The notes under the pieces: model-generated
Told to the model about the DNA's origin: nothing
Databases searched by the model: none
The model's input: only the letters and a program-made list of their open reading frames with translations
From: a virus
Direction: 5' to 3' (one strand)
Length of the DNA stretch: 64,000 nt
Virus record (IMG/VR): IMGVR_UViG_3300044529_000082
Coordinates: 1 to 64,000 of that record
Shown: piece by piece, positions 53,489 through 62,929 of the stretch
Position numbering within the stretch: position 1 is the first letter of the stretch
Layout of the letters: each line of letters opens with the position of its first letter
Translations under genes and position numbers: made by a program

Positions 53489-54700
53489 TCACGGAGTTTC
53501 GTTAATCAAAGCTTGCTGCTTAGCCGCTTTCTTTTTCTCTTTATCGTTCGAAGCTTTCAAAAAGCTGTAAGGCTCACCGTGAGCTACCGCTCCGGCAGCT
53601 TCGAGGTCTGCGGCATACTGCCGAACTGTCGATTCTTTACTGCCCCGCGGGGCCGCTTCCGATATAACCTCTTCAATCGCTCCTATCGGCGGCGGCTCAA
53701 CCAGTTTGTCGTAAACCTCTTTCTTGATATAGTTCAAAGTGATTTGTGCGAACTTCACTACGTCTGCAACCTTTCGGTTGCCTCGGCGGGACTCGATATG
53801 AAAACCTTCCGGCAAGTCCGAGTCGCCGCGCAGCACGCGGTCGGTTTGTCGAGCCCGAAAAGCCTCGGCCCAGGTCTTGGCAATCTGGGCGATTTTCATG
53901 CACATTCCGGTGTCTTTCGAGCTCAGCAACGCGGTCGGCGTGATATCCGGCGGCACCGCTACGGAGTGGAACTTTCGGCCAACATTCAGCATCAAGGCCG
54001 CAACCTTTGGGCACTCGCCGAGATTTGCACAAAAACAGCACAGCGGGCAACCCGGAGTCGCCGAATCGTAATTCCCAGACTTTCGCGCAGTCCGAGCGCG
54101 CGCCACTACGGTTTGAATTCGAAGATACATTTCGGGAATTCGGTCCCGCGTCATTTCCGTTTCGCTAAAACCATCGATATGCGGCTGCCTAAAGAAAAAA
54201 CGGATGCGCTGGAGCTTCGGGTATCTCTTGAAAAGGCCTAGCATATAGGAACCTGCTTGCAGATTGTTGGACGCGTCTTCGACCGCCCACATTCCAAATT
54301 TCCAATCCGCCATTTCGGCGTAGGTTTTATCCCAGCTCAGCAGCACCGTATCCACATACCCGGCCGTCGTGCTTTTCGCGTCATCGAAAACGAGGTCGTC
54401 AATCGACAGATAGGATTCTTGCAGCTCGATAACCGGGCCGCCAGGAAAGCGGGTCTGAATATCCAGCTTGCGCGTTTCGACAAAGTCAATGCACGCCGCG
54501 GCTGCTACAGCGTCAGCGTCCGAGAGCCGGTCATCGTCCATTTTTGTCTCGACAACCTTATGGCCGAGGGTCCCCGCAATGGTGCGTTCGTGCTTGCTGT
54601 CCTTGCCCTTGTAGCAGGGGCACGCTTCGAGGGATTGAAGCTGCGACGGGCTGTAGGGGTGGTGGACCCTCTCTTCAGAATTATCGGCGTTCGTTGACAT
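53489..54700 (-). CDS. Cas4-like PD-(D/E)XK exonuclease (DUF2800-like)
   Basis: SPS..CPC, GTLGH, GYVD, ADWKFG, NLQ..Y, C..CCFC....CP. Confidence 0.85.
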   Translation of the reverse strand: MSTNADNSEERVHHPYSPSQLQSLEACPCYKGKDSKHERTIAGTLGHKVVETKMDDDRLSDADAVAAAACIDFVETRKLDIQTRFPGGPVIELQESYLSIDDLVFDDAKSTTAGYVDTVLLSWDKTYAEMADWKFGMWAVEDASNNLQAGSYMLGLFKRYPKLQRIRFFFRQPHIDGFSETEMTRDRIPEMYLRIQTVVARARTARKSGNYDSATPGCPLCCFCANLGECPKVAALMLNVGRKFHSVAVPPDITPTALLSSKDTGMCMKIAQIAKTWAEAFRARQTDRVLRGDSDLPEGFHIESRRGNRKVADVVKFAQITLNYIKKEVYDKLVEPPPIGAIEEVISEAAPRGSKESTVRQYAADLEAAGAVAHGEPYSFLKASNDKEKKKAAKQQALINETP

Positions 54701-55373
54701 CGGGGTCTATTTCTCGAAGGTTTTCGATTATGTCCTGTTCCAAAGCGCGAGCCTTTGTATCACACAAATACTGGGCCTGGGCGGCGCAGCGTGCGGTAAC
54801 GGCAGCTATCGTATCCAGCGGTGGATGATATCCGCGGCGAAGATATTTCATCAAGCGAAGCATCGAACCGCCGGGCTCTGCCTCCGCAATGGACGGCCAC
54901 GTATAGACTAGCCGCTTCGCGGCAAGGTCCGCGTAGAACGAATCGCCGATTTGCGACGTCCAGCGGTCGCCCTCCCGGCTGATACCGAACCACATAGCGG
55001 CCCGGCATACAGTGAAGTCAAAAAGGTTCAGCACTCCGGCCGGGCCGGAGAAGGGCCAGCGATGCACAATCTGAATAACGGGCGCGAAACAAGTCAGGGT
55101 CAGAGCGTTTTTGGTCTCGAAAACGTGACCGGCCGTGCCGCTGCCCAGTTTGCGCTTTACGAGGTCTGCGGCCAGCGATTGCGCCACCGCTTCGCTCGGG
55201 ACAAAAACGTCAACGTCGTTTACATCCTCGCGCGCAATCGTGGCTCGGATGAATCCGCCCGCGATTATGGCATCAGAGATTTCACGTTCCTCGACGGCTT
55301 CGCGGAGCTGCCACGGCAGCCGCGCGACACAATAATTTAAATCACAGTTTCTAAGCGCGTTCGACATTTGCAA
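54681..55373 (-). CDS. Nucleotidyltransferase (CCA-adding/poly(A) polymerase head-like)
   Basis: IAGGFIR...VNDVDVF, FDFTVCRAA, R..KY..RGY. Confidence 0.75.
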   Translation of the reverse strand: MQMSNALRNCDLNYCVARLPWQLREAVEEREISDAIIAGGFIRATIAREDVNDVDVFVPSEAVAQSLAADLVKRKLGSGTAGHVFETKNALTLTCFAPVIQIVHRWPFSGPAGVLNLFDFTVCRAAMWFGISREGDRWTSQIGDSFYADLAAKRLVYTWPSIAEAEPGGSMLRLMKYLRRGYHPPLDTIAAVTARCAAQAQYLCDTKARALEQDIIENLREIDPDVNERR

Positions 55374-55551
55374 TTTCTTTCAGTTTGATTGCGATTTTTG
55401 CCAGTGCGCGCCGCTCAATCCGCCGGACCGCTTCGCGTGAGATGCCCAGTTCCCGGGCTACCGCGTGCTGCGATTTCAACGGAGTGAGGCATTCGGCGAG
55501 CCTCTTTCCCAGTTCCAGCTCCGCCGTCTCGGCGGCGTTTCTACCGAGCAT
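55351..55551 (-). CDS. Small HTH (sigma region 4-like) protein
   Basis: SQHAVARELGISREAVRRIERRALAKI. Confidence 0.75.
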   Translation of the reverse strand: MLGRNAAETAELELGKRLAECLTPLKSQHAVARELGISREAVRRIERRALAKIAIKLKEIANVERA

Positions 55552-55957
55552 AAAAAGCCTCGTGAACGGTTGAAAAAGCATCCCGAACGGCAAAGAACGA
55601 GCGGGCCGCACACCATTCGCGGCGGCTGATGCGGGTCCATTTTGCTGGCCCGGATTCCTGGATGACCGATGCGTGCGACGGGATGCAGATAGCGGCGCCG
55701 CGCGGCGCGGCCGAGACAGGACTGCGGTCTTCGTAGGCCAGCTCCCGCTTGCGCTTCTCCAGGCGATTGGCCGCGACGCGGTCGGCGCCAATTTGGTTGC
55801 GCATTTTGGCGACCAGGGTTTCCTTGTCAGGGGCACCCAGTTCCTCGTTGGCTTGAACGGCCTCGATTTGAGCCTCGCGATTTTTTATGCCGAGGAGGAT
55901 TTCCCTCAGCTTTGCGCTTAAACGACGACTGCGATTTCCGGATTTAATGTTTTGCAT
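55541..55957 (-). CDS. Hypothetical protein
   Basis: ORF with an A-rich leader. Confidence 0.55.
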   Translation of the reverse strand: MQNIKSGNRSRRLSAKLREILLGIKNREAQIEAVQANEELGAPDKETLVAKMRNQIGADRVAANRLEKRKRELAYEDRSPVSAAPRGAAICIPSHASVIQESGPAKWTRISRREWCAARSFFAVRDAFSTVHEAFYAR

Positions 55958-56016
55958 TTTTTCTATTTTCGAGTTTTGAGTTTATCAGAATTTTCGGGGA
56001 AAGGGAACACAAACTT

Positions 56017-56304
56017 TCATGGCACGCAATCCGGGTGCGTCACTACCATAACCGGAGCGGTCTCGTAGCGCTTAATCATCAAGCGCTCCGTGGCGCCGGG
56101 CTTGCCGCAGAAATGACAGTGGAGAACTGTCAGGAACTTTGCATTACGCGCTTCCGAAAGTCCGGATTGTGTTCTATCCCCCGGAGAAGTCGCGCTTGTG
56201 CCTCGGCCTTCGTTTTGCTCGTCCCTTTCGCCTTGACTCCGCCGGGGGTTCGAACTTGGACTTTTCCGTGACCTACAGATTTGATTTTGACAGGCATAGC
56301 TCAT
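56017..56304 (-). CDS. Hypothetical Zn-ribbon protein
   Basis: C....C and CHFC...HPDC. Confidence 0.5.
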   Translation of the reverse strand: MSYACQNQICRSRKSPSSNPRRSQGERDEQNEGRGTSATSPGDRTQSGLSEARNAKFLTVLHCHFCGKPGATERLMIKRYETAPVMVVTHPDCVP

Positions 56305-56376
56305 AAATAGTTACGCGATTACATTAGCAGCGCAATTAGAAAAGTAGCCCAGATAATGTCCCGCAGAATAAGGCGG

Positions 56377-57021
56377 TCAATGACTTGTTGGCACATATTG
56401 AATCAGTTCCTTCGCGATTTCTTGCACGCCCGGGGTATTGGTCGGCCATACGCAGGGATTTATTCGCGCGTCTCGGGGTGTCCCGAGCGGGACCCAGGGA
56501 AAAGGTCCCCAGGTGTGTATCCCGGTATCCTGGCAGAATTTATCAATAGTGCTCAGCTTCAGCCCCGGCTTGTGGCAGAGCAGCGCGCATCCGAGCGGGC
56601 CTGTTTCAACGCGGATTTCGAAATCCCCATCCGGGGTCACGCGGCACTTGGCGGGCACTCCATTGTGTCGGCAGTGCATGAGAATGAGCCCGGACACCGC
56701 AAGGCGGTTTCGGTAATCAGGGAACTTGAACCGATTGACGGTCATAAAAGGGAATGGGGCGCCCGGAGTGGGAGTGATTGCCTGCGCCGCGGCGGCTTTT
56801 CGCAGAGCCGATTTCAGCTCGGGGCCGCGGAGGAAATCCAGCATCCGCTTCCACTTGTCGATAAAATACGGGCTCGCGTGCTCCTCGGCGGCTGCAACAG
56901 AAAAGCCGTCATATTTCCATTGCCTGCGCAGCACGTTGTGATACGCGCGGGTCGCGCGCATTAAAGTTTCGGGGAGCGCCAGCTTGAAAAGCTGGCCAAA
57001 TGTCAAGTGGTCAAGTTTCAT
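56377..57021 (-). CDS. Hypothetical protein
   Basis: Start MKLDHLTF coupled to the upstream stop. Confidence 0.55.
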   Translation of the reverse strand: MKLDHLTFGQLFKLALPETLMRATRAYHNVLRRQWKYDGFSVAAAEEHASPYFIDKWKRMLDFLRGPELKSALRKAAAAQAITPTPGAPFPFMTVNRFKFPDYRNRLAVSGLILMHCRHNGVPAKCRVTPDGDFEIRVETGPLGCALLCHKPGLKLSTIDKFCQDTGIHTWGPFPWVPLGTPRDARINPCVWPTNTPGVQEIAKELIQYVPTSH

Positions 57022-57383
57022 GGTCGTGAATACGGAGCTAAACGAAGAGTGCGGTGTTTGTCTGAGAGTTGATTGAACCAAACAGTCTTTACGAAATATC
57101 TGGCCGCAGTCCGGGGCAGCAGAACCAAAACTAGGTCCAGCTTTTCGTCATACGGAAAGCGAACCACCGCTTTAACCGGACTGCCGCCCCGGACTTCTAC
57201 CTCGACCACGTCGCCCGATTGAATCTCAAGAGAGCCGGGCAGCTCGGCGATGCCGTAGCGGTCCGCTCGGGACTCTTCCAGGGCGTGATTCGCGTAGTCG
57301 AGGGTCGCAATCGTGGCGGCGAATACTTCAGCCGCCCCGGAAGGGAGCCCGTAGGCGCCGCGATTGTAAAGGCCGTCTTTCAT
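57018..57383 (-). CDS. Hypothetical protein
   Basis: HALEESRADRYG...VKTVWFN...D.H.TL; coupled start. Confidence 0.6.
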   Translation of the reverse strand: MKDGLYNRGAYGLPSGAAEVFAATIATLDYANHALEESRADRYGIAELPGSLEIQSGDVVEVEVRGGSPVKAVVRFPYDEKLDLVLVLLPRTAARYFVKTVWFNQLSDKHRTLRLAPYSRP

Positions 57384-57496
57384 TAGTCCAGCCATCGGTC
57401 GATTGCCCAGTTGACTACCGCGATGCCCGCGAACACCGCAACGACAACCAGGGCGACCACGACCCAGAGATTACCCGAAAATTCGTAGGCACTCAT
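57383..57496 (-). CDS. Small single-TM protein (37 aa)
   Basis: MSAYEFSGNLWVVVALVVVAVFAGIAVVNWAIDRWLD*. Confidence 0.5.
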   Translation of the reverse strand: MSAYEFSGNLWVVVALVVVAVFAGIAVVNWAIDRWLD

Positions 57497-57500
57497 GGGG

Positions 57501-57746
57501 TTAGAAGTAGGATTCAACCAGATGGTCGCGCTGCTCCTGGCTGTTCACGGACCACCAGGCCGCCAGAAATGCCGCCGCCTGCCGTCCGCCGCGCAGGAAA
57601 ACCGTATTGCGGTGCTTGGCGGAGTGCAGGACCACGCCTTCCTGGGAGTTGCCCGCGAACGAGCAGTGCCGTGAAAAGTTGTCTTCGCGCATCGACTGCT
57701 CGACCGCTTCCCGGTTCATCCGAATAATTTGATTCAACGCATACAT
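57501..57746 (-). CDS. Hypothetical early protein
   Basis: Leaderless start behind a promoter. Confidence 0.6.
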   Translation of the reverse strand: MYALNQIIRMNREAVEQSMREDNFSRHCSFAGNSQEGVVLHSAKHRNTVFLRGGRQAAAFLAAWWSVNSQEQRDHLVESYF

Positions 57747-57752
57747 GAGACA

Positions 57753-57780
57753 AATATACTAAGTAGCCGCAACTCTGCAA
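57753..57780 (-). promoter_or_regulatory. Sigma70-type early promoter
   Basis: TTGCAG-N16-TATATT, 6 nt before ATG57746. Confidence 0.55.
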
Positions 57781-57783
57781 GCC

Positions 57784-59289
57784 TCAATGTAAAACTAAGT
57801 TATCGGGCATCAGGTCCCCGTCAACCAGGGCATCCAGGCAATCCAGCTTTCCGCGCAGGCTTTTCCAGACAGGCTCTTCCACCGTTCCCGCGGCGAAAAT
57901 CACGCGATAGTAGCAGGTGCTCTTTCCGCCGTCCCGATGGAACCGGCCCACGAGCTGACGAAACTCTTCGGCCGAAAAGCCCGGGAACACGATGCCGGAC
58001 CTAGGGAAGCATCCGACCAAATCTTGCAGGCTCAGCGAAACCCCTCCGGCGGCGCAGTTGACAATTAGCTCCCGCAGAACGTTGTCTTGATACTGGTCTA
58101 TGTAGCGCTGCCGGTTGCGCAGCGACTCCGGAGAGCCGTCGATTATCCCGGCGCCCGGGAACCGCTTTTTCAGCTCCTCGATAGTTTGCCGAAAGTTCAC
58201 GAAGAACGCGACCGACATCCCCTTTTCCAAATCGTCCTGGGCCAGCTCAGTGGCGACGGGCACCTTGAGCAGCTCGACTTGCTGTCTCTCTCGGAGGATG
58301 CAAGTCAGCGCACTGTCCGGATTTTTATCTCCCGCGGCTTTTAATTTCAACGCCTCAATTGCCCCGGCCATCGTTTTATAGCACGAGTTGACGGCTTCCG
58401 GGTCGTCCAGCGTGTATAGCTCGGGCAGGATTACGCGTTTCGGAAAACCGGGAATAGATTCTGTAGTGACTCGAACGCCGCGCGCGGGAATTATCGAGTT
58501 GCGGATTTCGAGCATTATTTTTTTCTGGTCCTCCCGCCCCGCAAACCATTTTAAGCCTTTGAAGCGCGCGTCGTTCCAGCACTGATACTGTCTCAACCAT
58601 TGGTAGAAACTGGGCTTGCCCCGGCGGGGAAGCATCTGGCCTGAAATCGTGATAGCTTCCTCGGTCTTATCGTTGTGAAGCCCCAAAGCAAATCCTAAAG
58701 CGCGCATATTGAGGGGAGAATGCGCGGGAGTGGCCGAAAGATATAGAGCTTTTATTTTCTGTCGAGTGGCTGCCAGCGACAGTTCGGAATTTAAAGAATC
58801 CAAGCCATTAATTCGCTGGCTTTCATCATAAATGATTAGCTCGATAGCGGGATGAAATACAAAGCTACCGTAATTCGGCGGTCGCCGTTTCTTTTCTACC
58901 GAATGGATGCCCCGTGGGTGGTGCGGGCACGGAAAAGGGTTTACCGGGTCCACAACACACTGACAAACTTCGCATTTAAGATAATCAACACCTGGCTTAT
59001 AACCATCCCACTTTCCAAAAGGAGTGTTGCCGCCGCGCAAAAGTTCATAGTTACAAAAAGAAAATTTATCTTCGAAGTTCGCCGCTCCTCGGTCCCAAGC
59101 CGAGCGGCTGATTTTCGGACCTATGACCAGAGTAGCCGCATGTAACTGATTAGCTATCCAAGAGGACACATAAGTTTTTCCCGTGCCTGTGTCAGAAGCA
59201 TCTAGGGCAGCTCCGTATTGTGTAAGGCATTTCCGAAGCTCTTGCGCGGGTCTCTGTTGGTGCGGCCGTAATCGTTCTAGAAACAGCAT
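57784..59289 (-). CDS. SF2 (SNF2-like) helicase
   Basis: DTGTGKT, DESQR, LSATP, AGGVSLSL, QLVGRFHR; Zn-finger insert CEVC...C.HH. Confidence 0.88.
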   Translation of the reverse strand: MLFLERLRPHQQRPAQELRKCLTQYGAALDASDTGTGKTYVSSWIANQLHAATLVIGPKISRSAWDRGAANFEDKFSFCNYELLRGGNTPFGKWDGYKPGVDYLKCEVCQCVVDPVNPFPCPHHPRGIHSVEKKRRPPNYGSFVFHPAIELIIYDESQRINGLDSLNSELSLAATRQKIKALYLSATPAHSPLNMRALGFALGLHNDKTEEAITISGQMLPRRGKPSFYQWLRQYQCWNDARFKGLKWFAGREDQKKIMLEIRNSIIPARGVRVTTESIPGFPKRVILPELYTLDDPEAVNSCYKTMAGAIEALKLKAAGDKNPDSALTCILRERQQVELLKVPVATELAQDDLEKGMSVAFFVNFRQTIEELKKRFPGAGIIDGSPESLRNRQRYIDQYQDNVLRELIVNCAAGGVSLSLQDLVGCFPRSGIVFPGFSAEEFRQLVGRFHRDGGKSTCYYRVIFAAGTVEEPVWKSLRGKLDCLDALVDGDLMPDNLVLH

Positions 59290-59447
59290 GGAAAATTGAG
59301 AAAAGCAAACTCTCCAAAATATTTTCTCGCTGCGTCGTCCCTGGCCCGAGCCGCCAAAATAGCAGACTCGAAGCAGCCTAAAAAAATCTGTTTTCGATTT
59401 ACCCGTACCTTGGCTGCCTTTCCTTGAGTAAGCGGGATTAATTTCAT
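59277..59447 (-). pseudogene. HNH-AP2 endonuclease with the HNH domain deleted (56 aa)
   Basis: MKLIPLTQGKAAKV joined directly to RVNRKQIFLGCF....AARARDDAARKYFGEFAFLNFP. Confidence 0.75.
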
Positions 59448-59450
59448 TAG

Positions 59451-59735
59451 TCAGCCGGTGATATAGACAGAATTCTTGGTGCGAAAGCCGTTCGAGCTGA
59501 CTTCAGTGACGGGGCTCGACACGAATGCTCCAGGGACCGTCTCGCCGTTTCGTTTGTCCCGGAGCACGAAGACCGATTCTCCCGGCCGGATAGGCCAGAG
59601 CAGCTCGCCTTCGATTTCGTATTCCACCGGGAGAGATTTCCCATCATCATTCGGGCCGCCGGGGACGTGGTCTTTCATGCTGCGCGCCTCGGCGCCGCCC
59701 GGGTTCTCGGCGATTTTCTTGATGCGGATTCTCAT
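59451..59735 (-). CDS. Hypothetical protein
   Basis: Ends in SSPV...FRTKNSVY, a common small phage domain. Confidence 0.6.
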   Translation of the reverse strand: MRIRIKKIAENPGGAEARSMKDHVPGGPNDDGKSLPVEYEIEGELLWPIRPGESVFVLRDKRNGETVPGAFVSSPVTEVSSNGFRTKNSVYITG

Positions 59736-59974
59736 ACGGGCGGCGCGCCGGGATTTTTGACCATGCGACAAGAAAGCGAGCCGTCCTCCTCGGCCCATAG
59801 CTCTAGATGCCATCCCGCTTTTTGTGCTGTGATTGCTTGCTGTAGCGCGCCCTGCATATCATAAGCCGTATTAAAATTGTCGATATGCCACAGCGGCCGC
59901 GTTTCTGGATTTCGAACTTGATTGACCCAGGCCGCGGTCCGCTCGAACAGCCTTTTGTATCCACCCTCTTTCAT
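59732..59974 (-). CDS. Hypothetical protein
   Basis: Coupled ORF. Confidence 0.55.
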   Translation of the reverse strand: MKEGGYKRLFERTAAWVNQVRNPETRPLWHIDNFNTAYDMQGALQQAITAQKAGWHLELWAEEDGSLSCRMVKNPGAPPV

Positions 59975-60525
59975 AGCTCCACGCTCGCTCCTAGGGCCGC
60001 GGCTTTTTCTTTAGAGATTTCCCGCGCAGTATGAAACTTTTCAATGGCGGGCAGCATCCCACTCACGTTCCAGACGCCATTAAACCAATACTCGCCTAAA
60101 TCCTCAGAATGGCGCGCACGATAAATAACGGAACTGCTTGTAATAAAATACTTTGGATACTTGGAAGTAAATTGCGTCCCTTCCAGTTCTTTCTGCAACA
60201 GCGCAAGCGCACGCCACGCCATCTTGACCGTATGCCGAACGCCGTCCGTGTCAACAGTGCCGCGCTGGAGAAAATGCCGCATCATCGTGTCCGCCTCGTC
60301 ACCTGATTTTGAACGGTCCCAGTGCAACGGCTTGCCGGGATTGTGCTGGTCATTGCCTTTTTGTGACAGAGCCGAAATCGCGACCAGGGCGTCCGGAAAG
60401 TAATCCAAAACGCCAGAGGCGACGGGAAACTTTTTACGGTCTGCGGCGCCCTCGGGAAGTGTAGTTGCCCGGGTCGGCGCGCCGCCGGGGCCTTTCAAGC
60501 TAGGGTCTGAGTTTAAGGAATTCAT
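59971..60525 (-). CDS. dATP/dGTP diphosphohydrolase-like (DUF5664) protein
   Basis: GVLDYFPDAL..I...S..GN.QHNPG..LHWDRSKS....D...RH...H...AWRALA.LQ. Confidence 0.75.
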   Translation of the reverse strand: MNSLNSDPSLKGPGGAPTRATTLPEGAADRKKFPVASGVLDYFPDALVAISALSQKGNDQHNPGKPLHWDRSKSGDEADTMMRHFLQRGTVDTDGVRHTVKMAWRALALLQKELEGTQFTSKYPKYFITSSSVIYRARHSEDLGEYWFNGVWNVSGMLPAIEKFHTAREISKEKAAALGASVEL

Positions 60526-61048
60526 AAATAAAACGGTTGCTGATTTGTTCTTTAGACATTGTTTCCCACTCGGAAAAGTCCCACTGTTCCGGCAGGTGAA
60601 TTCCTAGGGGTCGCTGAACTGCCAGAACGTCCTCCGCGTATTCGTGCGGAAAAAATGCTCGATGTTCTTCTTGCAGCGCGATTGAATCCGCGATTTTCAC
60701 GAGGTCCGGCTTGGGCCACTTGTAGCCGAAACGCTTAGAACCGGCGGTCATAATTGAGTGTTCGATTTCCTTGTATTCCGGCATGAGCGCTTTGAACGGG
60801 CTCGGTATATCGCAGAAATACGCTTCGCTCAGGTCGTGCATGAGCCCGTCAAACTTAAGTTCGCGTGGCAGCATCGCGGCGACGAAAAGGCAATGAGGAA
60901 CCACCGGATACCACCAGCGGGTGTGGCCGCCCCAGCGAGAGGCGCATGCGAGTCCCCGGGCAATATCGCGAATGTCGAAGTCTTCCGGCCGAGGCGACGT
61001 ATGAAATTTATGTCCCGAATATGTCCGGATGTAATCGGGGACGCTCAT
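60500..61048 (-). CDS. HD-domain 5'-deoxynucleotidase (YfdR-like)
   Basis: IRDIARGL...RWGGH...V..H...LMHDLSEAY..DIPSP.K...ADSIAL..E. Confidence 0.85.
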   Translation of the reverse strand: MSVPDYIRTYSGHKFHTSPRPEDFDIRDIARGLACASRWGGHTRWWYPVVPHCLFVAAMLPRELKFDGLMHDLSEAYFCDIPSPFKALMPEYKEIEHSIMTAGSKRFGYKWPKPDLVKIADSIALQEEHRAFFPHEYAEDVLAVQRPLGIHLPEQWDFSEWETMSKEQISNRFIYEFLKLRP

Positions 61049-61227
61049 TGGCCGTTAGCTGTCGGATGATTCGGCAGCTCAGGAAGGGTTGTGTCGTCTT
61101 TCTTACCCGGCGCGAGCAGACCGTCTCCCGGCCAGTGTGGATTTTGACCACAAGCCGATTCATCCACGCCTTCAATGCGGGGCGCTTCGGGCTTGCCCTG
61201 TTTCTTGTTGTCGATTTTCTTGTCCAT
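61045..61227 (-). CDS. Hypothetical protein
   Basis: Coupled ORF. Confidence 0.45.
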   Translation of the reverse strand: MDKKIDNKKQGKPEAPRIEGVDESACGQNPHWPGDGLLAPGKKDDTTLPELPNHPTANGQ

Positions 61228-61231
61228 AGAT

Positions 61232-61459
61232 TTACTTTCCGAAAAGCGTCCGGCCTAGGATGCTCAGCACCCAGAGTATGGCGAATGTCAGCCAGAACCC
61301 TATATGATGAATCCCGAAGGCCGGTGCGATGGCGTGATTCCAGAGCAACCACACGATTAAGGTGGGCAGCATAACCGCGCACCCCACTACAACGAAAACC
61401 GCGAGGATGCCAAGAATCGCGGCACCCAGGCCCAGACTAATTAGACTTTTTTCTCCCAT
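61232..61459 (-). CDS. Small membrane protein
   Basis: Multiple hydrophobic segments. Confidence 0.65.
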   Translation of the reverse strand: MGEKSLISLGLGAAILGILAVFVVVGCAVMLPTLIVWLLWNHAIAPAFGIHHIGFWLTFAILWVLSILGRTLFGK

Positions 61460-61461
61460 AT

Positions 61462-62367
61462 TTATTCTCCCGTTATGATTGAATTTTGCGATTGCTGAAG
61501 CATCTGTCGCGCGGTTTCCAGCGTAAGGAACCGGGGACTCGGCGCGGGGACCGTATCATTCCAGATGCACGGTAACTGGCCGCCCTGCGGGCGCATGCTG
61601 ACCTCACGCACGAGCTGATTAGAAAGCGCGACGGCGAGCTGGTCATTGGCGCCGACGCGCCGCTTGCGGGTGCCCAAAGTCTGATTGCTGCACGCGATAT
61701 GAAAATGCTGAAAGCCGTTCGACTTCAATTCGTCCAACAGGGCTTGGGTTGTGCATGTCGTCACAGCCACGGGCATCGATTCTCTATTCGCGCTGTTAAT
61801 CAGCATCTTCTGCCAAAAACCGCGCTCGCCAAACTCGAAATTCAACGACTGCGGCATCAGTAGCTTGCGGACAAAGTCAACGAAAAGCATGCGGGCCGGA
61901 GTCACCGGCGTTTTGGGGTCCACTACGCCCTCGCCCCAGACCAGGAGCGTGTTGACGAAGTCGGCCGGTGGTTCTTGACCGGGAAAGTAGCGATGATACA
62001 GGTCCCGAATCGAGTCCTGGATTTGCAGCTCAATGAGGCCGAGCTGCTTCGCGACTGAAGACTTCCCGGAGCCGGTGACGCCGGTAAAGACCATACGCAA
62101 GCCCGCCGGAATGGGGACCGCCGCCTCTGGAATGAAAATCTCGGGGGCGGCAGGTTTAGTTCCGGACAACGTTTTACCACGCTGCGCGGCGGTCACGGGC
62201 GGCGCCGTGGGCGCGCCGGTGGTATCGAGAATCGGGTCCGCGGGGACCACCGTCATCCCGTCCGGACCGTCCGGACCGCTGTATTCGTCTTTACTTGGCA
62301 CTGAAGGCACTGAAGGCACTGAATCGAGGTTGGACATCATTTGCTGCAATTTTTCCATTTCAGTCAT
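61462..62367 (-). CDS. P-loop kinase (deoxynucleotide monophosphate kinase-like)
   Basis: MVFTGVTGSGKSSVA; low-complexity N-terminus. Confidence 0.55.
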   Translation of the reverse strand: MTEMEKLQQMMSNLDSVPSVPSVPSKDEYSGPDGPDGMTVVPADPILDTTGAPTAPPVTAAQRGKTLSGTKPAAPEIFIPEAAVPIPAGLRMVFTGVTGSGKSSVAKQLGLIELQIQDSIRDLYHRYFPGQEPPADFVNTLLVWGEGVVDPKTPVTPARMLFVDFVRKLLMPQSLNFEFGERGFWQKMLINSANRESMPVAVTTCTTQALLDELKSNGFQHFHIACSNQTLGTRKRRVGANDQLAVALSNQLVREVSMRPQGGQLPCIWNDTVPAPSPRFLTLETARQMLQQSQNSIITGE

Positions 62368-62392
62368 AATCGTTGCGGTAGTATGGCAGAAA

Positions 62393-62896
62393 TCACGCCG
62401 CCCGGGAACACAAAGCTTTCTTTAATGTTCGAGCGAACGCGGGGGCACCGGCAGTTTTAACGGACTCCCAGAGCTTCCTCCGCTTGCCAATTTCCGACTC
62501 GACAGCGTCGATGAAAATATCCAGTATGCGCGCTTTGGCGTTCAGTGCGGCCGTCGCTTGCTGGAGCACAAGCAGCTCCTGAATGTCACTATCGCTGGGC
62601 TGCCCAGTTTTCTTGCCGAGCTTCTCCTGGCGCCGCTGAATGATTTGGAACTTGGCCTGCGCGTCCCGTCTGCGGGTGGTCGCGCGCTTCAGCCATTTAC
62701 AGAGCTGTTTCCAGTTGCGCTGACACAGCCGATAGTCCAGCCGGTGCTCGATGCCTAGCGGGTCAAACTTCTCGGGGTTAAGCAGGGTCCACCGCGCGCG
62801 GTGAAACTGTTTGCGTTCTTTATTGGTCATTCGCAGGCCCGGAGTGCAGAGCAATTCGGTTGCAACTTCTTTAGTAATTACGGTTTGTGTTTGCAT
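62393..62896 (-). CDS. Hypothetical basic protein
   Basis: ORF with an A/C-rich leader. Confidence 0.6.
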   Translation of the reverse strand: MQTQTVITKEVATELLCTPGLRMTNKERKQFHRARWTLLNPEKFDPLGIEHRLDYRLCQRNWKQLCKWLKRATTRRRDAQAKFQIIQRRQEKLGKKTGQPSDSDIQELLVLQQATAALNAKARILDIFIDAVESEIGKRRKLWESVKTAGAPAFARTLKKALCSRAA

Positions 62897-62929
62897 ATTG
62901 ACTGTGTTTTTCTGTTTTAGCTGACTGTG

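Noticed and set aside
53489-54700. CRISPR-Cas system (Cas4-like gene)
   Set aside because: No repeat-spacer array or other cas genes; this is a typical stand-alone phage replication nuclease.
59971-61048. Z-genome (2-aminoadenine) cluster
   Set aside because: No PurZ/PurA-like gene in the window, and HD plus DUF5664 genes occur widely without it.
62297-62323. GGCACTGAA x3 tandem repeat
   Set aside because: In-frame low-complexity repeat (SVP) in a disordered N-terminus; no sign of function.
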